A stretch of DNA of 64,000 nucleotides from Gemmatales bacterium (GCA_041640595.1 JBEPZY010000007.1:178346-242345), one strand, 5' to 3'; positions 42,477-52,645 are shown, counted from the stretch's first letter. Notes: generated by a model from the sequence alone, not told the origin. Translations and numbers: made by a program.

Positions 42477-43764
42477 GTGCATGCTCCAGGTGAAAATAAT
42501 TTTCCCGTGCAAATCGTAAAGCACCAACACCGCACAACGCAAAATAATAGGGTGTTTCCAACAGTTCGATACTAACAAACTGGGCAGCAAGCATGAATCC
42601 CGCTAGTCCGGGCAACAGGCCGTCACGTATGGTCATTAGAAGCGAATCGCTGAAACGGTGCCGATAAAGCCGCCAGCCTGTGCTAATATAATAGCCAAGA
42701 AGAAGAATAAGACCAGGAACACCCGTTTCTGCTCCGACCTGCAACCAGAGACTGTGAGCTTCCTTACCTTCGGGCCAACCATAAGCGGGAGCGACAAAAG
42801 GCCAATTTTCGGGTCCGATTCCGAACAACGGCATCTTCGAGATTACATCTAAGCAGTCCTTCCAAAGTTCGAGTCTGCTTTTTGCAGAAGCGTCTAGGTT
42901 TTCAGATTCCTCGAAGATCGTCATAAAGCGTTCTCGTAACTCTGGTCCAGCTAATCGCAACGCAAGAGCAATAAATAGTAGGAGAGCTAAATATTTTTTC
43001 CATCCTCCCTGAACGACCAAAAAAGCAACGCAGAGCGAAAATACCAGGGCTATCATACCACCGCGAGAGAAACTCAGCAATAAGGTGTGCAGGTTGAGCA
43101 ATCCTAGAATAAGCGCCAAGGCCTTTAACCACAGGTTCTGTGAGCGAAATGCTAATAACCACGTTGGGACTGTCAGGCTCACAAATGATACCGCTATGCA
43201 ATTATTATCGAAGCCCCCGAATCCCTCTTCGTATATGCGATTGTATCCATCCAGCAAATAGGCTAAATTCATTTCCAAGCATAAATAGCCCGCCGATAAC
43301 ACCATCGTCCATAGAAGACCGTAAACCTTTGCAGGCGTGTCTAGCAAGGTGGCACCTATGAAACAAGGAAAGATTATCTTGCCTAAAGCAATAATCAGGC
43401 TCAGCCCAAGATCCTCTCGAGGAATCGAGTAAGTGTGCCGTAACTCATCTACAACACTCGGGTAATAAGTCGCAGTAGCATTGCACCATGACATTACAGT
43501 CCAAATCCAAAAGCCGAGTAAGCATAGTAGTGGCAAAGTTCCGGCACCCAGTTTCCAATTGCCTAGAAGCCTAAAAATCCAACCAATGAACATACCGATG
43601 AAGGCTATTGCGCTTAGATTGGCGTTAGATAGGGACCAGAACCACATTTCAGACGGCTTTATAATGGCAAAGGCCACATATACTAGGAAAGCAATGTATG
43701 GGTATATGCACCCGACGGTCATAGCGATCGCACAGGCGAGGTAACTCACAATAAGTCCAAGCAT
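42463..43764 (-). CDS. O-antigen ligase/polymerase-like membrane protein (resembles exosortase-A-associated O-glycosylation ligases)
   Basis: Multi-TM; DNN, SFSRGG, SAKSRLELW, PLFGIGP, AHSLWLQVGAETG. Confidence 0.85.
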   Translation of the reverse strand: MLGLIVSYLACAIAMTVGCIYPYIAFLVYVAFAIIKPSEMWFWSLSNANLSAIAFIGMFIGWIFRLLGNWKLGAGTLPLLCLLGFWIWTVMSWCNATATYYPSVVDELRHTYSIPREDLGLSLIIALGKIIFPCFIGATLLDTPAKVYGLLWTMVLSAGYLCLEMNLAYLLDGYNRIYEEGFGGFDNNCIAVSFVSLTVPTWLLAFRSQNLWLKALALILGLLNLHTLLLSFSRGGMIALVFSLCVAFLVVQGGWKKYLALLLFIALALRLAGPELRERFMTIFEESENLDASAKSRLELWKDCLDVISKMPLFGIGPENWPFVAPAYGWPEGKEAHSLWLQVGAETGVPGLILLLGYYISTGWRLYRHRFSDSLLMTIRDGLLPGLAGFMLAAQFVSIELLETPYYFALCGVGALRFARENYFHLEHAHVHA

Positions 43765-43778
43765 GGTGGTTGCTGCTA

Positions 43779-44687
43779 TTACAAATGATCCGAAAGGGTG
43801 CGTTCCATGCGCACCAGGAAAAATAAGCCCATCAGGATGTACATAACGCTGGATAATGCAGCTAGAAGCCAGAGTTGCAGAGAAGGTATAGAGCCCCTAA
43901 TAATACTAGCAGTACACAGCACCCACGCGTGCAATGGATTTATAGCGCCGATTAACCAGTCTGTGTTTCCAATTACCCTGGTATGGGGCATGTAAATGGC
44001 CGGTGTTGCGAATACCCACAGTTGGACGAAATATGGGGCTAAGTGTTTAACGTCGCGGTACCGGGCAGCAACTATGCCAATTAGCATAGCTGGACCCATT
44101 GTGAAAATTACCATACCCAGGTAGCATAGGGGAAGCCAGATCAGGTTCCAGTTCATGGCGTGATGGTAGGTGAGGCCAATAAGAAGTAGGAACGAGCATA
44201 AGCCCAAATCAAGAATGTGCACCAAGCAGGGGGTAATAGCCAGTATCGCTCGAGGAAAATATACCTTAGTAATTAGGTTGCCGCTACCGCTAAGCCGATG
44301 GATCGAGCCCATGATACTGTTGGCAGCATAAATCCAAAGGGCGGTTCCAGCAAAAACGTGCACCGGATATAGAGAATCTTGTTGTTCAGGAAATAGACGT
44401 CTGCCAATCAGCCACCATAGCACGGTTGCTTGAGTAAGAGGTTGAAATAGGACCCATGCGATGCCCAACACTGTCTGCCGGTACCGGATCAGAAGGTCGC
44501 GCCAGAGAAGGAAGCCAAGTAGCTCTCGAAAGGCAATAATTTCACGAACGTAGTGCGAAACGCTGGAGCGAGTGGTTGGTGTGATCAGTAAATAAGATTT
44601 CTCGGTTAAATTCCTCGTGTTTACCGGAGCCACGTTTTTTTCTTGCTCAGTGTGTGAGTGAACGTTACACTCTGTCAATTGAGACAT
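43779..44687 (-). CDS. wzm: polysaccharide ABC-2 permease
   Basis: RELL..L.WRD..IRYRQTVLG..W..QPL, LITKVYFPR, RYRDV, ATP.IY. Confidence 0.9.
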   Translation of the reverse strand: MSQLTECNVHSHTEQEKNVAPVNTRNLTEKSYLLITPTTRSSVSHYVREIIAFRELLGFLLWRDLLIRYRQTVLGIAWVLFQPLTQATVLWWLIGRRLFPEQQDSLYPVHVFAGTALWIYAANSIMGSIHRLSGSGNLITKVYFPRAILAITPCLVHILDLGLCSFLLLIGLTYHHAMNWNLIWLPLCYLGMVIFTMGPAMLIGIVAARYRDVKHLAPYFVQLWVFATPAIYMPHTRVIGNTDWLIGAINPLHAWVLCTASIIRGSIPSLQLWLLAALSSVMYILMGLFFLVRMERTLSDHL

Positions 44688-45916
44688 GGGTGTGCCTGTT
44701 CAAGATGAGCTATAGTGGAAGTAATGTGTGACATGCTGCGCCTAAGAACATTAACTAACGGACTTAACTGAACATCCCAACTGAACTTTGTCCTGGCCAA
44801 CATACGTGCGTTTCTACCTATTGCGACGAGTGCGGCTGGGTTGTTAGCAAGCCACACGATTTTGTCAAGCCAATCGTTCGCATCGTTGGCAATTAGATAG
44901 TGCACTCCGTCATCTCCTGAGATAATATCGTGTACTTGCGGTGACACAATACACGCGCGCCCTAACGCTAATCCCTCGAGCACCTTGTTAGGTATGCCCA
45001 TAACTACGCGGAGAGGAAAAATTGCAACGCTTGCCTGGCACACGAGTGGCCTGATATCCGGAACGTCACCGTGAACCACGATTCCCGGCACTCGTTCGAG
45101 TATACGTATTTTTCTCACCGGCCGGCGACCGATAACATGAAATTGCATGGTTGGCATAACCTTGTGAAGTTTCGGCCAAACGGAGTGCGCAAACCAGTTG
45201 ACGGCATCAATATTGGGCCAGTAGTCGAGGGCTCCGAAATACACTATGCTAGGAGAAACTTTATCAGCAGTGAGTTCCCCAGAGCCATAATACTCGGGAT
45301 CTACGCCGTTGCCAACAACAATGACCTTCTGAGGGTGAAAGGAGCCGAGTAGGTAAGAGGCCTCGGCTTGTGTGGTTAAGAGCACAGCTGATGCCCGATG
45401 AAGAATGCGTTTTTCTACTTGGGCAATCAATTTACTCTCGCGCCGATAGAGATAGCTTAATCCATGTCTCATATCGGAGTATATCCGCCATTTCCTGCTG
45501 TCCACATCCATCATATCAACGATTAGTTCAATGTTTCCACGTGTTTCCGGAAGTAAATATAGAAGCGCGCTATTCGAAATAAGTACAAATCTGTAATCGT
45601 GGGAGCTGAGGAGCCGATGGGTCAGGCGACGGGCCTCACGAGAGCAAAAAGCTCCGACAGTTAAGGCCTGACCAATAAACAACCTTGCTAACATTCTTGC
45701 GTACCGACGCAGTCCCCCTGTGTTGACAAAATAGCAATTGCGAACATAGTGCCTAAGTGCTGCTGAGGCCTCTGGATGCACTGGTTCATCGGCGAGGGCT
45801 AATAAATCTACCTGAGCGTACCGACTCAGCATACGTAGAATGTGCCAGCAACGTATGCGGTCACCTTTGTCCAAGGGATACGGCACTCGGTGGGTGATGT
45901 ATAGTATTTTATGCAT
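44675..45916 (-). CDS. glycosyltransferase (PEP-CTERM/XrtA-system type)
   Basis: HRVPYPLDKGDRIR, DVDSRKW, NGVD, DYWPNIDA, NKVLE. Confidence 0.85.
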   Translation of the reverse strand: MHKILYITHRVPYPLDKGDRIRCWHILRMLSRYAQVDLLALADEPVHPEASAALRHYVRNCYFVNTGGLRRYARMLARLFIGQALTVGAFCSREARRLTHRLLSSHDYRFVLISNSALLYLLPETRGNIELIVDMMDVDSRKWRIYSDMRHGLSYLYRRESKLIAQVEKRILHRASAVLLTTQAEASYLLGSFHPQKVIVVGNGVDPEYYGSGELTADKVSPSIVYFGALDYWPNIDAVNWFAHSVWPKLHKVMPTMQFHVIGRRPVRKIRILERVPGIVVHGDVPDIRPLVCQASVAIFPLRVVMGIPNKVLEGLALGRACIVSPQVHDIISGDDGVHYLIANDANDWLDKIVWLANNPAALVAIGRNARMLARTKFSWDVQLSPLVNVLRRSMSHITSTIAHLEQAHPCLN

Positions 45917-46081
45917 CGTTGTTGACGAGTTCAGTATCAGAAGAGGTGTGAGCTAGATTAGGAGACAGTGCAGGGCATGACGTTTCTAAGTCATCTTCGT
46001 AAACAGCGCCCCCGAAAAAGATAGCTCTTCTAGCTGCAGCGCATAACTGTGTGTCGTTCTGAATTGTTGTAACAGGGATGG

Positions 46082-46840
46082 TCATTTCGATCGCTCCCGT
46101 ACGCGGTTGAGGATAATACTATCTGGACTGTGAGCACCTCTCTGTTCGAGCTTCTTGTACACCTTATGCCATTCGGGGAGAGCCAAAAATTTCAGCGTCC
46201 ACTTGACTGGAAGCCCCAGAAACCGGAATAAGGTAGCCAGAATGATACGCAAATCGAGCCATAGATTACGATGGTGGACATAGTATAAGTCACATGCGAG
46301 TTTTTTTTCGACCGAAACAAGGTCCGTATCCGGGGGGAGTTGAATTTGCGCTAGTCCTGTAATCCCTGGCTTTACGGCTAATCGTTCCAAGTACCGTGGA
46401 AACGCTCGAGCTAGCATCGGTATAAGCTCAGGCCTTTCAGGACGTGGCCCCACCAGAGACATCTCACCACGAATAACATTAACTAGTTGCAGGAGTTCGT
46501 CGAGGTGCGACCACCGCAGAAACCTTCCCAAGGTAGTTACGCGAGGGTCACCTGGTCGGCACCAGGTCGGCCCAGTGTATTTCTCGCAGTCGTTATACAT
46601 GGTGCGCAATTTGAGCAGCGTGAATGTTTTTCCGTGCTTGCCAACTCTTAGTTGCCGATAGATTGCGGGACCTTGTGAAGTTATTTTGACGAGGATCATA
46701 CATACGATAATTATGGGGCTAAGGATCAAGAGCATGAATAGGGCAAGGAATCTTTCAAGATACTCGCCAGTTGAGCTATGATTATCTGCTTCTTCAAATG
46801 AGAACTGGCGTAAGTGCGTACTATTTGGGGTTGCACTCAT
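46082..46840 (-). CDS. priming sugar (phospho)transferase
   Basis: KLRTM, DPRVT.LGRFLR..HLDEL.QL.NV..GEMSLVGPRPE, KPGITGLAQ, DLYY; ATGA overlap with wzc. Confidence 0.92.
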   Translation of the reverse strand: MSATPNSTHLRQFSFEEADNHSSTGEYLERFLALFMLLILSPIIIVCMILVKITSQGPAIYRQLRVGKHGKTFTLLKLRTMYNDCEKYTGPTWCRPGDPRVTTLGRFLRWSHLDELLQLVNVIRGEMSLVGPRPERPELIPMLARAFPRYLERLAVKPGITGLAQIQLPPDTDLVSVEKKLACDLYYVHHRNLWLDLRIILATLFRFLGLPVKWTLKFLALPEWHKVYKKLEQRGAHSPDSIILNRVRERSK

Positions 46841-49284
46841 GTGACCGTCACTCCTTGTTTGTCGCAACAAGAAGTTGCTGAGTATTGTTCATGAGCGAGA
46901 TAAGAGGCAGTCCAAGCAGCACCGCTATACTTAGAATATAGGCGGACCGGTAGGCGGTTCATTACCGTTCCTAGGACACGAGCTCCGGATGTGGTTAGCC
47001 GTTGATAAGCGAGACGCACATTGACGAGACTGCTTCTTCGGTAGCTGACCGTAAGTAGTACGCCATGCGAGAAGCTAGCCAGGCCAAGAACATCTGCAAC
47101 TGACAGGACAGGCGAGGTATCTATAATGATGAAGTCGTATGCGAGGCGGATGTCGTCGAGAAAAATTCTAGTGAAGGCCTGGCCTAATTTATAGCAAGTC
47201 AAGTGGTCGTATTTCCCAGCTGCTAGAAAGTCAAGGTTAGGAATGTCCAGACGTTGTATCGCATCGCGCCATAAATGCTGACCACAAAGGATTTCAGCCA
47301 ATCCTGGAATGCTCTTAGCGCTGATCAGGCGGTGAGTATTGCTCCGGGAAAAGTCCGCGTCCATTAGCAAGACACGATTTCCACAGCGTGCTAGCGAAGC
47401 AGCTAAGTGGAAGCTAAGCATGGTTTTACCTTCACCATGAAGAGCGCTCGTAACCATAAGTACGGAATGACTTGCGCTACCCAGATGGTGTGTAAGAAGC
47501 ACTCGAAGAGTGTCAATTGCTTCAGCAAAACATTGCGGAGTATTGATATCGAGCATAGTTGGGTGTTCGCCGTGTGCATTCTTCTTAGAACCAACTGGAC
47601 CGATGTCTGGTAGTAATCCAATCACTGGAACGGGAAGTCCTGCGAGTAGTTCCTGGGGCCGGTAAACATGCTGGGTACGCCATTCCCAAGCCAGTAAGCC
47701 GCAAATCCATAGAAATGCGCTAAGTGACATTGCGATAAAAAGATATAACCAGCGTTTTTTACTTTCATAAGCCGGCACAGCGTGGGCCGATTCTAATACA
47801 GTGACGCGCGGAGGAGTACGACATACCATATCCAATTGCTCTTTACGAGCAAGTAGCTTTTTGTAGGTCTGCAAGTCAGTTTCTATTTCGTCCTTGAGGG
47901 ACTGCACGGCGGTGCGGTTCAAATGGAGGTTAGTTAGGGCTTTCTCCAGGGTCTGAATTTCCTCGCTTATATGGTTTCTGTAGCTGCTGATGTGGGATAA
48001 CTTGTCCTGAAGTTCTGTGAGTCGTTGCTCGCTTTCGGAAGCGATTTTCTCAAGCAAGCGGCGCTGAACAACAGGACGAAGATTAGCGATCGTGCTATCA
48101 AGTTCGGCCTGAGCTGCCATGAGGGAGTCACGCTTCGATTTGAGAAGAAGCTCTTTCATTGCTGGTGCTATATTCGGAGCCAGGAGTTTTTCAGCAGCCT
48201 CGAGTTCGGCTTGGACTTTATGAAGTTCTGCAAGCCTTTCCTGTAGCAGGGGTTCCTGTTGCAAGGCTGAGGTGACTTGAGAATCCGGGATAATTGTGCT
48301 CAACAATTGATAATAGCTGAGACGCAGATACCAAGGAAAATGATTGGCTTTATCGAGCAACATTCTTATAAGGCTTAGTCGTTGTACTAAAGAATTACAC
48401 TCCACGCTTAGCTGCTGTTGCTGGAGCATTTGAGAAGCTAGTTCCTTGCGATATTTTTCAAGTTGGTCAAGGTAATTTTGTGTCAAGCTATCGAGGGAGT
48501 GAGAATTGCCGGAAGTAAGTTTTTCTTCTAGCTGGCGTAGCCGTGCTTGCTTCTCGCTTATTCTTTGGGCATAACGCGATGTTAGCTCCTCCGTGCGGGA
48601 GAGTTCGTTAAGTAGTTGCTTATGTTCCTTGTCAATGAACTCTTCGAGGTAGCAGCGGACTACAGCGTTCACTATGGTTTCCAGAGCCTGAGCATCCTGC
48701 CCGGTCATGGATATTCGCATTATCTCAGGGGATAGTGCAAAATCAGCAGTGATTTCCCGTTCGAGATAAGCTAAGGGATCGCTTTTTGACCTGATCAGGG
48801 CGAGGTCGCGGACTTGATGAGCGCGAAGAGTAGCCGATAGGACAGGTTGGCTGCGAATCAATGCCTGCTGGGTCTTTTGAAACGTGGCCCAATTGGACGT
48901 GTAAAACTGGTCACGTGGAGAATCGAGAAATCCTGAAGGGACTAAGTCATAGCGAAGAAGCGCTCGGGCAACGAATAATGAAGGTGGCAGCAGATACCAC
49001 ACTGTACAGAAGGCCAGGAAACTAAGCAAGACAGCTCCTGTAATCGCGACTAGAGGCCGCTTACGAATAGCGCGATAGATTGCTGCGAGGATGACGAAAC
49101 CGGGGTGTTCGGAGAGCAACCGTATCAGGCGACCCCAGGCTGTTTCACTAAGGGGCGGACTTAGTTCCTGTGTGAGCGCTGGAATGCCCTTGGTTTGGCT
49201 TATGGCCGTACCAGGATGCTGATGCTGGTGGCCATTATATCCGTTTGGGGGCTGAGAACGGTGTATATGTTCAGAAGGAGCCAT
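46837..49284 (-). CDS. wzc: polysaccharide co-polymerase / BY-kinase (Wzc-like)
   Basis: Two TM helices flanking a coiled coil; Walker A TSALHGEGKT; DAD; IIDTSP; Tyr residues in the C-terminal tail. Confidence 0.85.
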   Translation of the reverse strand: MAPSEHIHRSQPPNGYNGHQHQHPGTAISQTKGIPALTQELSPPLSETAWGRLIRLLSEHPGFVILAAIYRAIRKRPLVAITGAVLLSFLAFCTVWYLLPPSLFVARALLRYDLVPSGFLDSPRDQFYTSNWATFQKTQQALIRSQPVLSATLRAHQVRDLALIRSKSDPLAYLEREITADFALSPEIMRISMTGQDAQALETIVNAVVRCYLEEFIDKEHKQLLNELSRTEELTSRYAQRISEKQARLRQLEEKLTSGNSHSLDSLTQNYLDQLEKYRKELASQMLQQQQLSVECNSLVQRLSLIRMLLDKANHFPWYLRLSYYQLLSTIIPDSQVTSALQQEPLLQERLAELHKVQAELEAAEKLLAPNIAPAMKELLLKSKRDSLMAAQAELDSTIANLRPVVQRRLLEKIASESEQRLTELQDKLSHISSYRNHISEEIQTLEKALTNLHLNRTAVQSLKDEIETDLQTYKKLLARKEQLDMVCRTPPRVTVLESAHAVPAYESKKRWLYLFIAMSLSAFLWICGLLAWEWRTQHVYRPQELLAGLPVPVIGLLPDIGPVGSKKNAHGEHPTMLDINTPQCFAEAIDTLRVLLTHHLGSASHSVLMVTSALHGEGKTMLSFHLAASLARCGNRVLLMDADFSRSNTHRLISAKSIPGLAEILCGQHLWRDAIQRLDIPNLDFLAAGKYDHLTCYKLGQAFTRIFLDDIRLAYDFIIIDTSPVLSVADVLGLASFSHGVLLTVSYRRSSLVNVRLAYQRLTTSGARVLGTVMNRLPVRLYSKYSGAAWTASYLAHEQYSATSCCDKQGVTVT

Positions 49285-49417
49285 TGTTAAACGAAACCTA
49301 AATGTTTGTGATTATATCTGGGCAGACTCCGTCCCTGTGGGTTGCAATCCCTCTATTGCTCACAAATACAGTAAGTCTGCCGGGGAGCTTCCTGCCTAAG
49401 AGGGGGAGATTAGTGAC

Positions 49418-49969
49418 TTATAGTGTCGCCACCATCCATGGCTCTAATTCGACAGCAACGGCCCGCTGCAGTAGCCGCACTTCGACTATGAGTCGTACGC
49501 GTGATGCCCAGGTAATCACCTTTCCCCGTAAGCCCATTAGGGGACCAGCTATGACCTCAACCGGAGTACCAGGCTGGAGATGGGATTCAGGTTGTGGATT
49601 AGCGCCCGATTGGATGATACGAAAGATGTTTGCGAGGTCGTCGGTGAGTTGCAGCTGGTCTGGGACAGAGAGCTCATGTACGATTTGATTCGTCTTCAAA
49701 GCCTCCAGGCGAGCTGCTCGGTCGCCGTGAACGAATATATAGTTTGGAAACAGTACGTGCCAGGAAGTCACGGTCTGACGACGCACACGCACGTATTTCT
49801 TATAAACTGGGAGGAAATAGGCAACCTTCTTAGCTCGAAGCGAACGCGCGATTGCTTTCTCACAGCGTGGACGGGTGTAGAAAACCCACCAGCGCCCCTG
49901 TGTTGATGCCAGGTGTTCCTCGAACAAATTGTCTGGATAGCAAACAGGTTCAGCCGTGAGGATTGGCAT
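49418..49969 (-). CDS. NusG-paralogue antiterminator (UpxY/RfaH-like)
   Basis: WWVFYTRPRCEK, LFPNYIF NGN domain, KOW VEVIAGPLMGLRG; first gene of the glycan locus. Confidence 0.88.
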   Translation of the reverse strand: MPILTAEPVCYPDNLFEEHLASTQGRWWVFYTRPRCEKAIARSLRAKKVAYFLPVYKKYVRVRRQTVTSWHVLFPNYIFVHGDRAARLEALKTNQIVHELSVPDQLQLTDDLANIFRIIQSGANPQPESHLQPGTPVEVIAGPLMGLRGKVITWASRVRLIVEVRLLQRAVAVELEPWMVATL

Positions 49970-50015
49970 GTTCGACTTCCCAGCCAGTAGGAGCATTGGG
50001 TTGTGTTGTGCATGT

Positions 50016-50032
50016 TGCAACGAGTGTGCCGA
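50016..50032 (-). promoter_or_regulatory. sigma54 (-24/-12) promoter of the glycan locus
   Basis: Minus strand TCGGCACACTCGTTGCA fits GG-N10-GC with GGCAC-N5-TTGCA, 46 nt upstream of the NusG-paralogue ATG (49969). Confidence 0.65.
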
Positions 50033-50533
50033 ATAACCAAACATTGCTGTGCCGGTGAACAAATTCTGGATAGCCAGAAAAAATTTCCGATGCTTGGTTA
50101 GAACATCTGATTAGCTTCGGACAGGACGTTCTTTTGCTGGAACACTGGAATGGCCTGTGTGTAAAATTTTTGCTAGTGGTGAAAGGTAGCGTAAGACGTT
50201 GTCAACAATTGCTAACGTAAGGTGATTATCTATGTGTGCTTGATTTATCACGAAAATTTTTGCTATAGGCGTAATGATTATTGCCGTAGTGATTGGCTGT
50301 CGAGAATCAAATTGTTCTTGCCAAGTCTGCGTTCAGGGACGAGAACCGGTGGGCTTATGAAAACTGACGGCAGTAATTCTAGCCGACAGGCTAGCATTGA
50401 CTATAACAGCAAAAGGGCGAGGTGAGTGAGGAAAAATCGAACTTTCGGTTCAAGTTTGCAGGCGATTTGGCAGACGATAACGGAGAGTAGAATACAGGCG
50501 GCTTATAGATTATCGCTCCGCGGAGGTATAACC

Positions 50534-52645
50534 GTGGTCAAGAGCATCGGCCAACTAATTACTGGTCTGCAGCCGAGCCGGAAGTGGAAGAGAAATTCGA
50601 CTGGGCTAATTCTGGAGCAACTGGAAGAAAGGAGCGTGCCCAGTGCCGTTCGCATTACCGACATTAATGCCCTTGGTTCTTCCTTGCCGCAAGGGCTGGT
50701 AACTTTTAACGGCCATGTATATTTTTTTGCTGATGACGGAATTCACGGTCGAGAGTTGTGGCGGACAGATGGGACTAGCACCGGCACGGTTATGATTTCG
50801 GACATATCCCCCGGGAGCAGCGGTTCGAACCCAGGCTGGCTAACACCTGTAGGTTCCTGGCTATACTTCGCCGCTTTCCGTAGCGATGTCGGCATGGAAT
50901 TGTGGCGAACTGATGGGACGACGGTGCAACTGGTCGGGGATCTTTATCCTGGCACAGCGAGTTCAAATCCGCATTTTCTTACTGCCGTCGGCGATACTCT
51001 ATTTTTCGCTGCCACGGATGGGGTAGCTGGAACAGAGTTGTGGATGGCCACCTCTTCCGGCGCAGTTCGTGTCAAGGATATAGCCCTTGGAAGCACATCA
51101 TCTGCACCCAATCAGCTAACCAATGTCAGCGGCACATTGTTCTTTTCGGCGTGGACTCCGGATAGCGGCAGAGAGTTGTGGAAGAGTGACGGGACTGAAG
51201 CTGGCACTGTCCAGGTTGCCGACATTAATCAGGTCGTGCCAGTGCCGCCACTTAGCTCGGCTAATCTTGACTCAGATCCGCAGTACCTGGTCAACGTGGG
51301 TGGAGTCCTATATTTTTCAGCCAATGATGGTATTCATGGTCGGGAACTCTGGAAGAGCGATGGGACAAGCAGTGGCACCCAGCTTGTGCTGGATATTGTT
51401 CCGGGCGCCGCCAGTTCTTATCCGACGAACCTTGTCAATGCTAACGGTACGTTGTTTTTCGCGGCCAGCCGACCTGAAGAGGGCCGAGAACTCTGGCGCA
51501 GCGACGGAACAACATCCGGCACGTTTCTGGTTCGAGACATTAATCCCGGGACTTATAGCTCCTATCCTCAGCAAATGGTTAATGTGGGGGGAATGTTATT
51601 CTTTGTCGCTAATGACGGCAGCAATGGATTCGAGGTGTGGCGATCGGATGGGACATCCAGCGGCACTATTTTGCTAAGGGATATCCGACCTGGTAGTCTA
51701 AGCTCGTATCCATCTGGAATGCGCGAGTTTAACGGTGGGGTGGTGTTTGCTGCAAATGATGGTAACACGGGAACTGAGATCTGGCGAAGCCTGGGTAGCC
51801 CTGCAAACACGGAATTGCTCGACGATGTCCTAGTCGGTTCCATTAGCAGTAGCCCTTCCGAATTCACAAATCTCAACGGGCAACTTGTTTTCCGTGCACA
51901 GGATGTTTCTGGTGATATTGAACCGTACATTCTTGATACCAGGCCTACGAATATAACAGGTTTTATTCGACCGAGCGCTGCTTTGTATAAGCGTGGCTTG
52001 GCTTTAGATTTTCGAGTGATATTCAACAACGTTGTAACCGTGGACACTGTGGGAGGCATACCTGCAATTGCTCTGGAAATCGGTGGGAGAGTACGCCTGG
52101 CAACTTATCTGAACGGCAGTGGCACTAATGTACTGACCTTCCGCTACGTGGTGCGATCGGATGATTTAGATCTGGATGGCATAGAGATTCGCAGTCCGAT
52201 TTTATTGCGTGGCGGCAGCATACTGGGCCCCGCAAACACGCCTGCATCATTGACGTTCACGCCACCTGTAGCCAGTAGTGTTCGAGTGGATGGAGTCGCT
52301 CCGCGAATTGTGTCCGTTCAGGGGCCGAGGCCTGGCTTTTACCGTCCGGGGCAGCGGTTGCGGTTTTTTGTGTTTACCAGTGAGCCGGTTTATTGGAGTG
52401 GTGGCGGTCAGGAACCGTATCTAGAGATCATCATCGGAGGGCAAGCGAGGAGAGCCAATCTGATTACGGGTAGTGGGACTTCACGATTGGTGTTTGATTA
52501 CACAATCAGCCGGGAAGACCGTGCGCCTCAAGGTATCTGGATACGGCAGCGGATTTTTGTGACCAGCGGCAGCTTAGCAGATGCGGCTGGCAATTCTCTT
52601 TATTTGAGTTTCATGCCTCCGGATCTAAGGAAGGTGCGAATCTAA
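50534..52645 (+). CDS. exported ELWxxDGT-repeat protein with C-terminal Ig-like modules
   Basis: LILEQLEERSVPSA export motif; repeated ELWRTDGT/ELWKSDGT; two C-terminal 'GSGT..L.F.Y' modules; GTG after GGAGGT. Confidence 0.88.
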   Translation: MVKSIGQLITGLQPSRKWKRNSTGLILEQLEERSVPSAVRITDINALGSSLPQGLVTFNGHVYFFADDGIHGRELWRTDGTSTGTVMISDISPGSSGSNPGWLTPVGSWLYFAAFRSDVGMELWRTDGTTVQLVGDLYPGTASSNPHFLTAVGDTLFFAATDGVAGTELWMATSSGAVRVKDIALGSTSSAPNQLTNVSGTLFFSAWTPDSGRELWKSDGTEAGTVQVADINQVVPVPPLSSANLDSDPQYLVNVGGVLYFSANDGIHGRELWKSDGTSSGTQLVLDIVPGAASSYPTNLVNANGTLFFAASRPEEGRELWRSDGTTSGTFLVRDINPGTYSSYPQQMVNVGGMLFFVANDGSNGFEVWRSDGTSSGTILLRDIRPGSLSSYPSGMREFNGGVVFAANDGNTGTEIWRSLGSPANTELLDDVLVGSISSSPSEFTNLNGQLVFRAQDVSGDIEPYILDTRPTNITGFIRPSAALYKRGLALDFRVIFNNVVTVDTVGGIPAIALEIGGRVRLATYLNGSGTNVLTFRYVVRSDDLDLDGIEIRSPILLRGGSILGPANTPASLTFTPPVASSVRVDGVAPRIVSVQGPRPGFYRPGQRLRFFVFTSEPVYWSGGGQEPYLEIIIGGQARRANLITGSGTSRLVFDYTISREDRAPQGIWIRQRIFVTSGSLADAAGNSLYLSFMPPDLRKVRI

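Noticed and set aside
50184..50192. GGTAGCGT as an RfaH ops element
   Set aside because: Only a partial match, on the wrong strand for the glycan operon and upstream of the putative promoter
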